From Eledone cirrhosa (Eukaryota), in contig OZ024747.1 in assembly GCA_964016885.1 (NCBI GenBank), positions 70,990,001 through 71,054,000 on the forward strand: a stretch of 64,000 bases of DNA, given 5' to 3'. The position numbers were made by a program, and so were the translations under genes. The notes under the pieces were generated by a model, which did no database searches, had not been told where the DNA came from, and worked only from the letters and a program-made list of their open reading frames with translations. Positions 1 to 14,137 of this stretch are shown here, one piece after another. Each line of letters starts with the position of its first letter. The first letter of the stretch is position 1.

Positions 1-143
1 AGACGGGAAAGAGTGAGAGAGAGAGGGATGAAGGAAAGAGAGAAAGGTAAAATGATTGGAGTAAAGTGGGACCGATGGGGAGACAGAAATGGACAAATAT
101 TAACCTTCACATAGTTGTGAGTTTCATTATTTTATTAGCTCAA

Positions 144-333
144 GGGCGGTGGATTGGCTGTATCGGTAGAGGGTTGGACGCCATGCTTTCCAACATAGTT
201 ATGTCCCCTTATGATATAAGTTCAAATCCCGCCGAGGTTGACTTTACCTTTCATCCTTACGGGGTCGATAAAATAAAGTACCAGTAATGCACTGGGTAAT
301 TGCTGGCCTTGTGCCTAAAGTAGAAACAATTAT
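144..333 (+). mobile_element. Full-length tRNA-derived SINE, short subfamily
   Basis: tRNA-like head GGGCGGTGGATTGGCTGTATCGGTAGAG, B-box-like GTTCAAATCC, conserved centre CCTTTCATCCTTACGGGGTCGATAAAATAAAGTACCAG and tail GCTGGCCTTGTGCCTAAAGTAGAAACAATTATT. More than 10 homologues in the window. Confidence 0.9.
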
Positions 334-480
334 TTTATTGTAAAATATAATAAGCACAATAGACTGAGAGGGAGAGAGGAAGAGAGTGTGAGTTGAGAAA
401 AGTTGATTTTTTAAATGACTTAAGAATGTTTGTGTTCTTTAAAGAATTTAAGGGAAGAACGAGCTAATTTGATGTCCTCT

Positions 481-1226
<746 letters not shown>

Positions 1227-2004
1227 ATATATATATGTGTGTGTGTGTGTGTTAAGGTATCGATACATTTTAAATGTATAACGATCATGATTCTCAAGGA
1301 AGACGCTGAATGAACCTTAGTTCAGAGCATCAATTATACAAGTTTAAAAGGTAAATGTAGAGAGAAAAAGGCATATATCTTTTGAATAACACATATCACT
1401 CTTTACACATATGTAAATCAAATAATATGTGGCAGGAAAAATATATATACTATATATATATATATATATATACAAATAAGTATGTTTTGAAAAAGCGAGC
1501 AAGTTTAATTTAGAAATAGGTTTCGCCGTGTTTTTGACTCAAGAAATTTTAGCCTGATTGTGGGGTTTAGAACCCTCAAAGAAATGGAAAAAGAAAAGTA
1601 TTGACGTGCATGTACGTCAATACTCATCTGTTTCCTTACATATATATACTAGGATCATTACAGGATTACTGGATATACGAACAATCATGTAAGCAGATAA
1701 ATTAATTTTTTGCATAAGAGAAGCCCTCTAATTTATGAGGATTTCTGATTTATGGATGCGATTAAACATGAGAATGTTTTAATAATTTATTTTTCATATA
1801 TAATTGCATAAATGCAAAATATCTGTACAAATGACGTATAGGATTAAATATATCAGAAGGTTTGGTGAAAGAACTATTAACAGAGATAAACGTACGGTTA
1901 AAATACAGGATCTTATCGTATAAATGTAAGAAATGCCTTGTATGAATATATATTTATATATATATATATATACATATGTATATATATATATATATATATA
2001 TAGT

Positions 2005-2512
2005 TTTGCGAGGTTTTTGATATGAAATCGTGTATCGAAACAAATATTGTTATACTTTCAGTACTATACGAACATGCCAGACAACAACACGACGGTAACA
2101 TAGACAACATAGAACTTAGAAGGCCAAGGCTAAACAGAAAGAATAAATGGAATAACAACAACACCCAAACAAACAACACTGACCTAAGAGAAGTATAAAT
2201 AAATAAATAAATAAATAGATAAATAAATAAATACATACACAAGCACAATAACAACAAACACATATAAACACACACTAGTAAAGATAGAATACATTAACCA
2301 ATACACTGTCACCCAATCACGAACACACATCAAACAAAACACTATACACACACGCAAACGCATGTACAAAAGGAGACAAAATAAAATGAACAAATAAATA
2401 AATATATAAACAGACTAAATAAAGATGGCGTAGAAAATACAATGCAACGGGAGGAAACAATAGCACCACTGACGACGTTGCAGATGTGCAACGAAAGAAC
2501 TTTGATAAACTA
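2005..2512 (+). mobile_element. Probable PLE 3' end/pLTR (AC-rich) with hammerhead core at 2469-2503
   Basis: CTGACGA-C-GTTGCA-gatg-TGCAAC-GAAAG-aa-CTT; stem I weak; between (TA)n tracts. Confidence 0.5.
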
Positions 2513-2707
2513 TATATATGTGTTTGTGTCTATATTGTATCTGTATTATTTTTGACCGTTGGTCAGTCATTGGCAACATTGAGGACCGAATAAATTAGAT
2601 TACCGATATAAAAGACACAGAAGCGAAAAGCGAAAACCAACCAAACAGTGAGTGTGTTCTGTTATTAATTCTGGCAATATTACAAAAATATGACCCTCCC
2701 CAAGTAT

Positions 2708-3050
<343 letters not shown>

Positions 3051-3061
3051 ATGTATGTATG

Positions 3062-4298
3062 TTATTCTCTTTCTCTTAATTTCGAGTACGTTTTTGACCG
3101 GACAACCTTCTGGTAGCAAGGTTGTAAAAGGAAATAAATTGTCGTCCCTTGAATTGCAAGAATGTTTTGCAAATTTTTGAAGGTACCAGCTATCACACCC
3201 ATTTGTAGTATATGAATTAGGGTACTTTTCATCCTTGTCCACAAATCCAAGTTCAGTTATACTTTGGTCCAAGAGGGTTGGCATATAACTTGTAGCTCCA
3301 ATAACGATGGGTATGAAGCTGAAGTATATCTTGGAAACTGGATCTGCAAACTTCTCACCAATGGTCTGTAGATGTCCACCTTCTCTTGTGTTTTTTTTAA
3401 AACGTTGACATCAACAGAGCACGTTTTCAATGTGTGGTCCGAAACAACAATACCAGGCTGATTGTGCTTTAATTTGGTGACAGTTTTTATTTTCCGGTTC
3501 CACCAGTATTCTTTAGTGCCATTTATCTCAACATATTCCTCCTCGTTTGTTTTTAATTTTGTTTCCCTAAGTGCGTTCCAGATGGTTCTATCTATCACAT
3601 CGTATCTCATAGGGAGGTAGTAATGTGGCGAAATCTTTTCGCAGTTGGCAACAATGTGGCTTACATCTTCGATCTTTGTTTTACATAACCTACATTTATT
3701 GTCGACTGATGGCCCTCGTCTTTTGTATAACAGATATTTGGTAGGGATTTCTTGTTCCTGTATTGCATAGAGATATCCTTCAAGGTGGGATGTCATAAAC
3801 TTGTCGAAACTCCACGCAAGGATTTTTGAATGATTTATCCCCTCTATGGTCTGTGCTTTTCGTCTCAAGTACCCAAGCACAACTTTCCCTGTAAATTAGT
3901 CCATTCTTTTATCTTGTTGGAACATTGAATAGGATCTTCCAATTTCTCTGGGAGAGAGATTTATATCAGGCCTTATTCCATATCTCTCCTCCAGATCAGT
4001 GGCTATCCTAATGATATTATTTCCTTCATGCTCATAAACCTGGGCAAGATGGTTGCTGGCCTTTTTCTTCTGTTGAAGATATTGCTTCAGTGTTACTATC
4101 TGGGTCTCTTATGATGTTAATATGGATTTTAGACAATAGCGATCTTCCTTGCGTGAGAAGTATAGCTTATCCACATCACCATTGATGTTAAAGTTTCCAG
4201 TAACACTGAGAAGTTTACGAGTTCTTTCATCACTTACTTCTTGCAATGGCCAGTTCAGCAGGCCAAATGTTGGCGTTGGGATTGGCACAGCATAAGTA
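3062..4298 (-). mobile_element. 5'-truncated R4/Dong-type non-LTR retrotransposon (thumb, zinc knuckle, RLE), decayed
   Basis: RTRKLL...DVDKLY, AIQEQEI, CRLCKTKIEDVSHIVANC (CCHC), RYD, NQPGIVV (degenerate PD motif). Frameshifts and stops; (TATG)n on both sides. Confidence 0.85.
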
Positions 4299-4299
4299 T

Positions 4300-4331
<32 letters not shown>

Positions 4332-4835
4332 TGTATGTATGTATGTATGTATGTATGTATGCATGCATGTATGTGTGTGTGTGTTATGCATATTTTGCAA
4401 ATTTGTTAACAAATGAAATGCTAAGATTGGCAATGTTCTCATCTTTTATTAAATTCGCAAAAAAGTTATTACGCTTTTCTATCTGTGCCGCGATAAAACC
4501 TGTGGTGTAAGCGCTTTATTTAGATTTTTGCAGGGAGTCTAAATTGTATGTTTTAAACTGGTATTGGTAAGCATTACATATGAAATGGTGCACAGAACCG
4601 CTCACACACATACACACATACACACAGACACATACAGATACACACACAAACACACATACATACACACTCACATACACACTCACACACCCATATATAGATA
4701 CATTTGTATCATATAGAAATGACTTTGAAATCATCGTTTGAACTTATCAGAAATGTCCACAGCTATTTAACTGTGGTTTATTCCCGAACCCGTAGCGGAA
4801 GACCATTCTTGATTATATATATACATATATATATA

Positions 4836-5048
4836 AGTTATTCCGGGTTCAATCGGGGATAACCACAGTAAGTAAGGTACTCAATACATAGCAGAGTATA
4901 AATGTTTTAATATAGAAAAGCTTCTACAGGACTAGAACTGTTTCATTCGTGAGAAATCATCCGACGAATATTTGATTCCAGAGTCAGGCCAGATCGATAC
5001 TGATCGAACTTTGAGATGATCCATCGCGAAACGCGCGTCACACCTCAA
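4836..5048. mobile_element. Head-to-head junction of two PLE pLTR fragments, each with a hammerhead-like motif
   Basis: Minus 4925-4963: CGGATGA-TTTC-tcac-GAAT-GAAAC-agttcta-GTC. Plus 4961-5039: CCGACGA-[60 nt]-GAAAC-gcgc-GTC. Confidence 0.6.
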
Positions 5049-5122
5049 TATATCTAATGTATGTATGTATATATACAAACAATGTTGTCTCGAACACTGA
5101 TATGGAGCGCAAGTGTATTAGA

Positions 5123-5241
5123 ATTCATAAAATAATGAGAAAAACTCAACGTATAAATAGCTGTTAATACAACAAAATAAAAGCCTTTTGCTGTCTTAAC
5201 AGCTATTCTTGAGCCGAGTTTTTCTCATTATTCTGTGAATA
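5123..5241. repeat. Imperfect inverted repeat (~115-bp hairpin)
   Basis: ATTCATAAAATAATGAGAAAAACTC...ATAGCTGTTAA versus TTAACAGCTAT...GAGTTTTTCTCATTATTCTGTGAAT. Confidence 0.7.
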
Positions 5242-5375
5242 TATACGTATATACATACAGAGTAGAAAAAGAGGGATTAAGAAATGCAGAAGGTTATTTC
5301 GAAATCTGTGTATATATGTTTAATGTATGTAGACGGATGTCTTCAGGATTGAGTAAACTATTTCAATATGTATAT

Positions 5376-5490
5376 AATTGTTTCTACTTTTGGCACAAGG
5401 CCAGCAATTACCCAGTACATTACTGGTACTTTATTTTATCGACTCCGTAAGGATGAAAGGCAAAGTTAACCTCGACGGGATTTGAACTCA
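5376..5490 (-). mobile_element. 5'-truncated SINE with TSD
   Basis: SINE 3' half; CAATATGTATATAAT duplicated at 5364-5378 and 5489-5503. Confidence 0.9.
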
Positions 5491-5570
5491 ATATGTATAT
5501 AATGAGTCCACATGTGATAGAGCATAATGGAGATTGTTGGAAACGTGTTGGATAACAAACGGACATATAT

Positions 5571-8500
5571 GTAGGGGGGAAGATTAGTGTAGCTGTGGTG
5601 GGCGTGGTATGTTGTAGGGGGAGGATTGGTGTGGCTGTGGCGGGGTGGTATGTTGTAGGGGGGAAGGTTGGTGTGGCTGTGGCGGGGGTGGTATGTTGTA
5701 GGGGGAAGATTAGTGTGGCTGTGGTGGGGTGGTATGTTGTAGGGGCAGGATTGGTGTAGCTGTGGCGGGGGTGGTATGTTGTAGGGGGGAAGATTGGTGT
5801 GGCTGTGGCGGGGGTGGTATGTTGTAGGGGGAAGATTAGTGTGGCTGTGGTGGGGGTGGTATGTTGTAGGGGGAAGATTGGTGTGGCTGTGGCGGGGGCG
5901 GTATGTTGTAGGGGGGAAGATTGGTGTGGCTGTGGCGGGGGTGGTATGTTGTAGGGGGAAGATTGGTGTGACTGTGGCGGGGGTGGTATGTTGTAGGGGG
6001 GAAGATTAGTGTGGCTGTGGTGGGGGTGGTATGTTGTAGGGGGAAGATTGGTGTGGCTGTGGCGGGGGCGGTATATTGTAGGGGGAAGATTAGTGTGGCT
6101 GCGGCGGGGGTGGTATGTTGTAGGGGGAAGATTGGTGTGGCTGTGGCGGGGCTGGTATGTTGTAGGGGGGAAGATTGGTGTGGCTGGGGCGGGGGTGGTA
6201 TGTTGTAGGGGGAGGATTGGTGTGGCTGTGGCGGGGGTGGTATGTTGTAGGGGGGAAGATTGATGTAGCTGTGGCGGGGGTGGTATGTTGTACGGGGGAA
6301 GGTTGGTGTGGCTGTGGCGGGGGTGGTATGTTGTAGGGGGATGATTGGTGTGGCTGTGGCGGGGGTGGTATGTTGTAGGGGGGAAGATTGGTGTGGCTGT
6401 GGCGGGGTGGTATGTTGTAGGGGGAAGGTTGGTGTGGCTGTGGCGGGGGTGGTATGTTGTAGGGGGAGAATTGGTGTGGCTGTGGCGGGGGTGGTATGTT
6501 GTAGGGGGGAAGATTGGTGTGGCTGTGGCGGGGTTGGTATGTTGTAGGGGGGAAGATTGGTGTGGCTGTGGCGGGGGTGGTATGTTTACGGGGGAAGATT
6601 GGTGTGGCTGTGGCGGGGGTGGTATGTTGTAGGGGGAAGATTGATGTGGCTGTGGCGGGGGTGGTATGTTGTACGGGGGAAGGTTGGTGTGGCTGTGGCG
6701 GGGGTGGTATGTTGTAGGGGAAGGTTGGTGTGGCTGTGGCGGGGGTGGTATGCTGTACGGGGGAAGGTTGGTGTGGCTGTGGTGGGTGTGGTATGTTGTA
6801 GGGGGGAAGATTGGTGTGGCTGTGGCGGGGGTGGTATGTTGTACGGGGGAAGGTTGGTGTGGCTGTGGCGGGGGTGGTATGTTGTAGGGGGGAAGATTGG
6901 TGTGGCTGTGGCGGGGGTGGTATGTTGTAGGGGGGAAGATTGATGTAGCTGTGGCGGGGGTGGTATGTTGTACGGGGGAAGGTTGGTGTGGCTGTGGTGG
7001 GGGTGGTATGTTGTAGGGGGAAGATTGGTGTGGCTGTGGCGGGGGTGGTATGTTGTAGGGGGAAGATTGGTGTGGCTGTGGCGGGGGTGGTATGTTGTAG
7101 GGGGGAAGGTTGGTGTGGCTGTGGCGGGGGGCGGTATGTTGTAGGGGGAGGATTGGTGTGGCTGTGGCGGGGGTGGTATGTTGTAGGGGGGAAGATTGAT
7201 GTAGCTGTGGCGGGGGTGGTATGTTGTACGGGGGAAGGTTGGTGTGGCTGTGGCGGGGGCGGTATGTTGTAGGGGGAGGATTGGTGTGGCTGTGGCGGGG
7301 GTGGTATGTTGTAGGGGGGAAGATTGATGTAGCTGTGGCGGGGGTGGTATGTTGTACGGGGGAAGGTTGGTGTGGCTGTGGTGGGGGTGGTATGTTGTAG
7401 GGGGAAGATTGGTGTGGCTGTGGCGGGGGTGGTATGTTGTACAGGGGAAGGTTGGTGTGGCTGTGGCGGGGGTGGTATGTTGTAGGGGAAGGTTGGTGTG
7501 GCTGTGGTGGGGGTGGTATGTTGTAGGGGGGAAGATTGATGTAGCTGTGGCGGGGGTGGTATGTTGTACGGGGGAAGGTTGGTGTGGCTGTGGTGGGGGT
7601 GGTATGTTGTAGGGGGAAGATTGGTGTGGCTGTGGCGGGGGTGGTATGTTGTAGGGGGAAGATTGGTGTGGCTGTGGCGGGGGTGGTATGTTGTAGGGGG
7701 AAGATTGGTGTGGCTGTGGCGGGGGCGGTATGTTGTAGGGGGAGGATTGGTGTGGCTGTGGCGGGGGTGGTATGTTCTACGGGGGAAGGTTGGTGTGGCT
7801 GTGGCGGGGGCGGTATGTTGTAGGGGGAGGATTGGTGTGGCTGTGGCGGGGGTGGTATATTGTAGGGGGGAAGATTGATGTAGCTGTGGCGGGGGTGGTC
7901 TGTTGTACGGGGGAAGGTTGGTGTGGCTGTGGTGGGGGTGGTATGTTGTAGGGGGAAGATTGGTGTGGCTGTGGCGGGGGTGGTATGTTGTACGGGGGAA
8001 GGTTGGTGTGGCTGTGGCGGGGGTGGTATGTTGTAGGGGAAGGTTGGTGTGGCTGTGGCGGGGGTGGTATGCTGTAGGGGAAGGTTGGTGTGGCTGTGGC
8101 GGGGGTGGTATGTTGTAGGGGAAGGTTGGTGTGGCTGTGGTGGGGGTGGTATGTTGTAGGGGAAGGTTGGTGTGGCTGTGGCGGGGGTGGTATGTTTACG
8201 GGGGATGATTGGTGTGGCTGTGGCGGGGGTGGTATGTTTACGGGGGAAAGTTGGTGTGGCTGTGGCGGGGGTGGTATGTTGTACGGGGGAAGATTGGTGT
8301 GGCTGTGGCGGGGGTGGTATGTTGTAGGGGGAAGGTTGGTGTGGCTGTGGCGGGGGTGGTATGTTGTAGGGGGAAGATTGGTGTGGCTGTGGCGGGGGTG
8401 GTATGTTGTAGGGGGAAGATTGGTGTGGCTGTGGCGGGGGTGGTATGTTGTAGGGGAAGATTGGTGTGGCTGTGGCGGGGGTGGTATGTTGTAGGGGGAA

Positions 8501-9892
8501 GATTGGTGTGGCTGTGGCGGGGGTGGTATGTTGTAGGGGGGATGATTGGTGTGGCTGTGGCGGGCGTGGTATGTTGTAGGGGGAAGGTTGGTGTGGCTGT
8601 GGCGGGGGTGGTATGTTGTAGGGGGAAGGTTGGTGTGGCTGTGGCGGGGGTGGTATGTTGTAGGGGGAAGGTTGGTGTGGCTGTGGCGGGGGTGGTATGT
8701 TGTAGGGGGAAGGTTGGTGTGGCTGTGGCGGGGGTGGTATGTTGTATGGGGGAAGGTTGGTGTGGCTGTGGCGGGGGTGGTATGTTGTATGGGGGAAGAT
8801 TGGTGTGGCTGTGGCGGGGGTGGTATGTTGTAGGGGGAGGATTGGTGTGGCTGTGGCGGGGGTGGTATGTTGTAGGGGGAAGGTTGGTGTGGCTGTGGCG
8901 GGGGTGGTATGTTGTAGGGGGAAGGTTGGTGTGGCTGTGGCGGGGGTGGTATGTTGTATGGGGGAAGGTTGGTGTGGCTGTGGCGGGGGTGGTATGTTGT
9001 AGGGGGAGGATTGGTGTGGCTGTGGCGGGGGTGGTATGTTGTAGGGGGGAAGATTGGTGTGGCTGTGGCGGGGGTGGTATGATGTAGGGGGAGGATTGGT
9101 GTGGCTGTGGCGGGGGTGGTATGTTGTAGGGGGGAAGATTGGTGTGGCTGTGGCGGGGATGGTATGTTGTAGGGGGGAAGATTGGTGTGGCTGTGGCGGG
9201 GGTCGTATGTTGTAGGGGGGAAGGTTGGTGTGGCTGTGGCGGGGGTGGTATGTTGTAGGGGGAAGGTTGGTGTGGCTGTGGCGGGGGTGGTATGTTGTAT
9301 GGGGGAAGATTGGTGTGGCTGTGGCGGGGGTGGTATGTTGTAGGGGGAGGATTGGTGTGGCTGTGGCGGGGGTGGTATGTTGTAGGGGGGAAGATTGGTG
9401 TGGCTGTGGCGGGGATGGTATGTTGTAGGGGGGAAGATTGGTGTGGCTGTGGCGGGGGTCGTATGTTGTAGGGGGGAAGGTTGGTGTGGCTGTGGCGGGG
9501 GTGGTATGTTGTAGGGGGGAAGGTTGGTGTGGCTGTGGTGGGGGTCGTATGTTGTAGGGGGAAAGGTTGGTGTGGCTGTGGCGGGGGTGGTATGTTTACG
9601 GGGGAAGATTGGTGTGGCTGTGGTGGGGGTCGTATGTTGTAGGGGGGAAGGTTGGTGTGGCTGTGGCGGGAGTGGTATGTTTACGGGGGAAGATTGGTGT
9701 GGCTGTGGCGGGGGTGGTATGTTGTAGGGGGAAGGTTGGTGTGGCTGTGGCGGGTGTGGTATGTTTACGGGGGAAGATTGGTGTGGCTGTGGCGGGGGTG
9801 GTATGTTGTAGGGGGAAGATTGGTGTGGCTGTGGCGGGGGTGGTATGTTGTAGGGGGGAAGATTGGTGTGGCTGTGGCGGGGGTGGTATGTT
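5571..9892 (+). repeat. G-rich 42/43-bp minisatellite, about 100 units
   Basis: Unit GGTGTGGCTGTGGCGGGGGTGGTATGTTGTAGGGGG(G)AAGATT with variable G-run length. Confidence 0.97.
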
Positions 9893-10890
9893 CTATTTTC
9901 AAGATAAGATGACCCAAATCATGGAGATATGGTAAATAATGAGAGTTATGAAGATGATGATAATTTTATTATTTTTGTTAGTAGTATGTTGATAGTTATG
10001 GTGGTGAAAGTGTTTTTGTTTACTTTGGAAGTTCAATGTAGTTGTAGGAGTGTTGATGGATATGGTGGTGGTGGTGTCGCTAGTGATGGGGAGAATGCTC
10101 CTGGATAAAGGTATCGTTGAGGTTATTGGTGGTGGTTATGATCGTACTTGTAGTGATGGTGGCAAATAGTCTTATTGGTGTTGGAATTGGAGTTGGGATG
10201 GTGATGGTAGCGATGGCAATGATCTTTTTAGATAATGTTGGTGGCGAGCTTGCTGGTATTCAAAGAATAAACAATACATACAAAGTATCACTAGAGAGAA
10301 AGATGGAGAAAATGGAAAAGTGAAATAGAGAATCAAAGAGAGGTATAAAGATTTAGTGGGAGAAAATGAGACAGAGAAGTACGGACGGACAGAAAGTGAG
10401 GGGTGAGATGAGGGTTCGAGGGGATGTAAAGGAAAACTCTGGATTGGAGTGAAGTCTGTAAGATGGTGATGATGGTGACGATGGGGACGTTGTTAGTGAT
10501 TCACTACTGATGAGGAATACTAATAAGCCGTGCAGTAGTTTATATACACAGGCTGCAGCTGAAGAACCGATGTAGTAAAATGTTATAGGACTAAGGCTGT
10601 ATTAGTATCAGCACCAACAGCAGTAACAAAAACAACAACAATGGCGTCAGTAACAACAACTGCAATAGTAAATAGTTCTAGAAGTGAAGCAACTACAACA
10701 ACCATGGTGATGACGAAAACAACTACATCAGCAGCAAATAACTAATGCTGCTTAATGGTTGCACTAGTATTTATTCTAAACAGATTACTACATTCTTCAG
10801 AGGCGACAGAATGCTACCGCCATATCCGCTAGCCTGCAGCGCTGGTTCTTTGTGAGGTGACCAAAACCACCTCATACCATTAATAAAAAC

Positions 10891-11200
<310 letters not shown>

Positions 11201-11480
11201 TTGTTTAGCCCTAGCTCAGGCATGATTAAATAGACATATGGTCAAAAGCTTATCACCTGCAAATATATCGTATGTTGTTTTTTTTGGTGAGGTTTTTCCA
11301 TAATAAATTACACTATATTCTTCCATTTCTAAGGCAGTACAGTGTCAGTTGAGGGAGATTTAGTTGCTGTTTCTAACTGGTCAATGTTTACTTAGAGGCT
11401 TACCCATTGACTCATAGTTGCTGTTATCGTTTAAACCGACATCAAAACATATGAATATGGCATTCCAAACATGATCACAA

Positions 11481-11865
11481 GAATTGGCTGCTATTTCTGA
11501 CAAATCAAGCAGCATATATTTGCTACAAGAGTCCAATAATTTGTTTAATGGGATAACAGTTGCACATTGAATTGGCGTTTCCATATTAAGAAGAAAGTGG
11601 GGTGTGTTTTGAGGAAGAATTAGCTGCTATTTCTGACAAATCAAGCAACAGATATTTGTTGTTGTGGCAAGAGTACAATAATTTTTAAAATGTTATAACA
11701 GTTGCACATTTAATTGACGCATGAATGTGTTTCCGTATTAAGAAGTCAGGAGGGTGTGTTTTGAGGGGAGCTTTTGCTGTTATTTCTGTCAAATCGAGCG
11801 CAACTATTTGTTGTTTGTATAATAGTAATTGCTAAAATGTTATAATATTTGCACATTGAATTGCT
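11481..11865 (+). repeat. Degenerate ~140-150-bp tandem triplication of an old dispersed-repeat segment
   Basis: Units start near 11481, 11617 and 11770 (GCTGCTATTTCTGACAAATCAAGC...TTGCACATTGAATTG). Related GCTATTTCT / AGAAATAGC motifs near 11350, 22840, 43130 and 61340. Confidence 0.7.
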
Positions 11866-12610
11866 GTACGAGATTATCACCTTACTAGCTGAATATTTCC
11901 CGTCAGCTAAATTAAATGCTTGTTTTTCTTAGAGGAGTTATATGTTTAGACTATTGTCCGTGTTTTCTGTACTTTTTTATGCTTCATGTTTATTTTTCCA
12001 TTTATATTTATGTTGTTAAACGTTACATGACTTTCATACTAAACATTCAGAAAATATGAAAGGCAAAGGTCTAAAAATAAATATAAATTAATATCAATCA
12101 ATATATTTTACAGAATAATGTTCTTTCCATCAAAATGATTAGGCAGGGGTATAAATAAATTAGTTGTTAGCAAATGTAAGCCAGATGTATTGCTTGTAAG
12201 AATAACTAAATATATACTCAGTTACTTCACAATATCTACAGGAACTTCAGTAATTAAGCTCTGTAAGTAAAACATGGGTTGTTGAGATTTAACAACAGCA
12301 GGTGGTACTTCTAAAAATAACTGAAAAACCTGATTGCTAATACAGTACGTTGTCGTAGACATACTAATACAACACATTTAACTCAACAACAGATTGCAAT
12401 ATTTCGGAAATTTGTAATTCCTAATACTTGCTTGCATATATACATATAAACACACATACACACACACATGCATACACACACATGCATACATACATACATA
12501 CATACATACATACATACATACATACATACATACATACATACATGCATGCATACATACATACATACATACATACATACATACATACATACATACATACATA
12601 CATACATACA

Positions 12611-13219
12611 TGGTGGCTGCCAACTAATTTTCGAGTACGGCCACTAATTTATATCCATGTAGGAGAACCCCTACCGATGCGCTCAACGAGTGTGACTTTT
12701 TAGTCCAGCCAGCGACTTGAAAACTCTGGTACAAACACTACACTTGTGACAATTATTGACACATAGTGCTGGGCCCATGGCACCATGTGACGACAAGTGC
12801 AGAGAGAGATCTCCAGATACAAAGCAATGCCTGTGCTGTGAAGCTTTTATAGTGAGCAAAGGCACTGCACAAAGCCAGTCCCACTCTCTTAACCAAGATG
12901 ATATTTACCAAAAAGAAGAACAAGTCAACATCATTGGATACCATCAGGGTTGCAGGTGTTATATCAGAGTTTTCCTTCTACTAGAATTCTGCCTTGACAA
13001 AGGCTAAGGGGTCATCTCTCCCGGTGATTTTGGATGGCCATTGACTCTTAAGAGCTCCTTTGCCCTTTGACAGGTTTTGTTTTTAGTCCTGCAGGATGTC
13101 CAAAGTCACCCTCCTCACCAAGAAACCTTGGTGGGGTTGCCAGTTTAGTCGCCAACGACCCGACGATGGGACAGGTTATACTGGGATACATGTTACCAGT
13201 AGCACCAACTGGTGACCTG
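12611..13219 (-). mobile_element. ~600-bp non-autonomous RTE-like element, copy 1, within (CATA)n
   Basis: Near-identical to 58049-58643. The 3' end encodes CSVCTRVFKSLAGLKSHTR* (C2H2-like LINE C-terminus); an AGAAGGAAAACTCTGA 5'UTR-like motif is present; no RT. Confidence 0.75.
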
Positions 13220-13518
13220 ACATACATACATACATACATACATACATACATACATACATACATACATACATACATACATACATACATACATACATACATA
13301 CATACATACATACATACATACATACGAATACATGCAAGCAGACATGGTAGTGCGGGTAGGAATTTGGCTTTGTAGCCTCTTGGTTTCTAAGTTCCATTCC
13401 ATAGATCGACAACATGGGCATGCCTTCAAATATTACTTTGGGTTGACCAATACACAACGCGAAAAATGAAAAAATTGTTAGAATGAAACATGAACAGTGC
13501 CGAAGCCCATCGTATGCA

Positions 13519-13565
<47 letters not shown>

Positions 13566-13919
13566 ATTAAATTAGCTTACATATATGTGCTTAAACAGTT
13601 ATGACTATCAACCTGCCCAACGTATACATTCATGCATACACACTCGCACAAAAGTGTAACGTATATATATTCAGGAAAACTACAGAAATAAAAAAGAAAC
13701 TAATAAAACAAACAAAACTCAAACAGGAAAACAAGTTAATTACATGAATTCTGTGTGGAAGAAACTTGGAGTTCATCGTTGAGCGAATACTCCATTGGGG
13801 ACGGAACACTTTACGTTGTTTGCAGTTAACACATTACTACATTGTTACTCCCATTAATTCCCTATTTTTTTTTGTTTGGAAATATAATTGTCGAAATTAT
13901 TATTTGTGCCATTTGTAAT

Positions 13920-14137
13920 GGTGGTAGATTGGCAGTATCGGTGGAGCATCGAACAACATGCTTTGTGGTATTGCGTTACTGCTCCATACATTCTGAGCTC
14001 AAATCCCACCGAAGTTAGATTTGCCTTTCATCCTTAAAAGGTCAATTAGATAAAGTACCAGTAACACACTTGGGTCGATTTAATCGACTTTCTCCTCCCC
14101 CCAAAATTGTTGGCTTTGTGCCTATATCAGAAAACCC
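13920..14137 (+). mobile_element. Diverged SINE, long subfamily
   Basis: tRNA-like head, GCCTTTCATCC core and the extra GGGTCGATTTAATCGAC...CCCCCC segment. Confidence 0.8.

Noticed and set aside
144-230. tRNA gene
   Set aside because: A/B-box-like motifs only; the sequence continues into the SINE core and tail, with no cloverleaf.
5571-9892. Many repeat ORFs (VWLWRGWYVVGG, GVAVAGVVCC) and nearly stop-free minus-strand frames
   Set aside because: Mixed 41-43-bp units shift frame constantly, and the scarcity of stops follows from base composition. Not CRISPR: there are no unique spacers.
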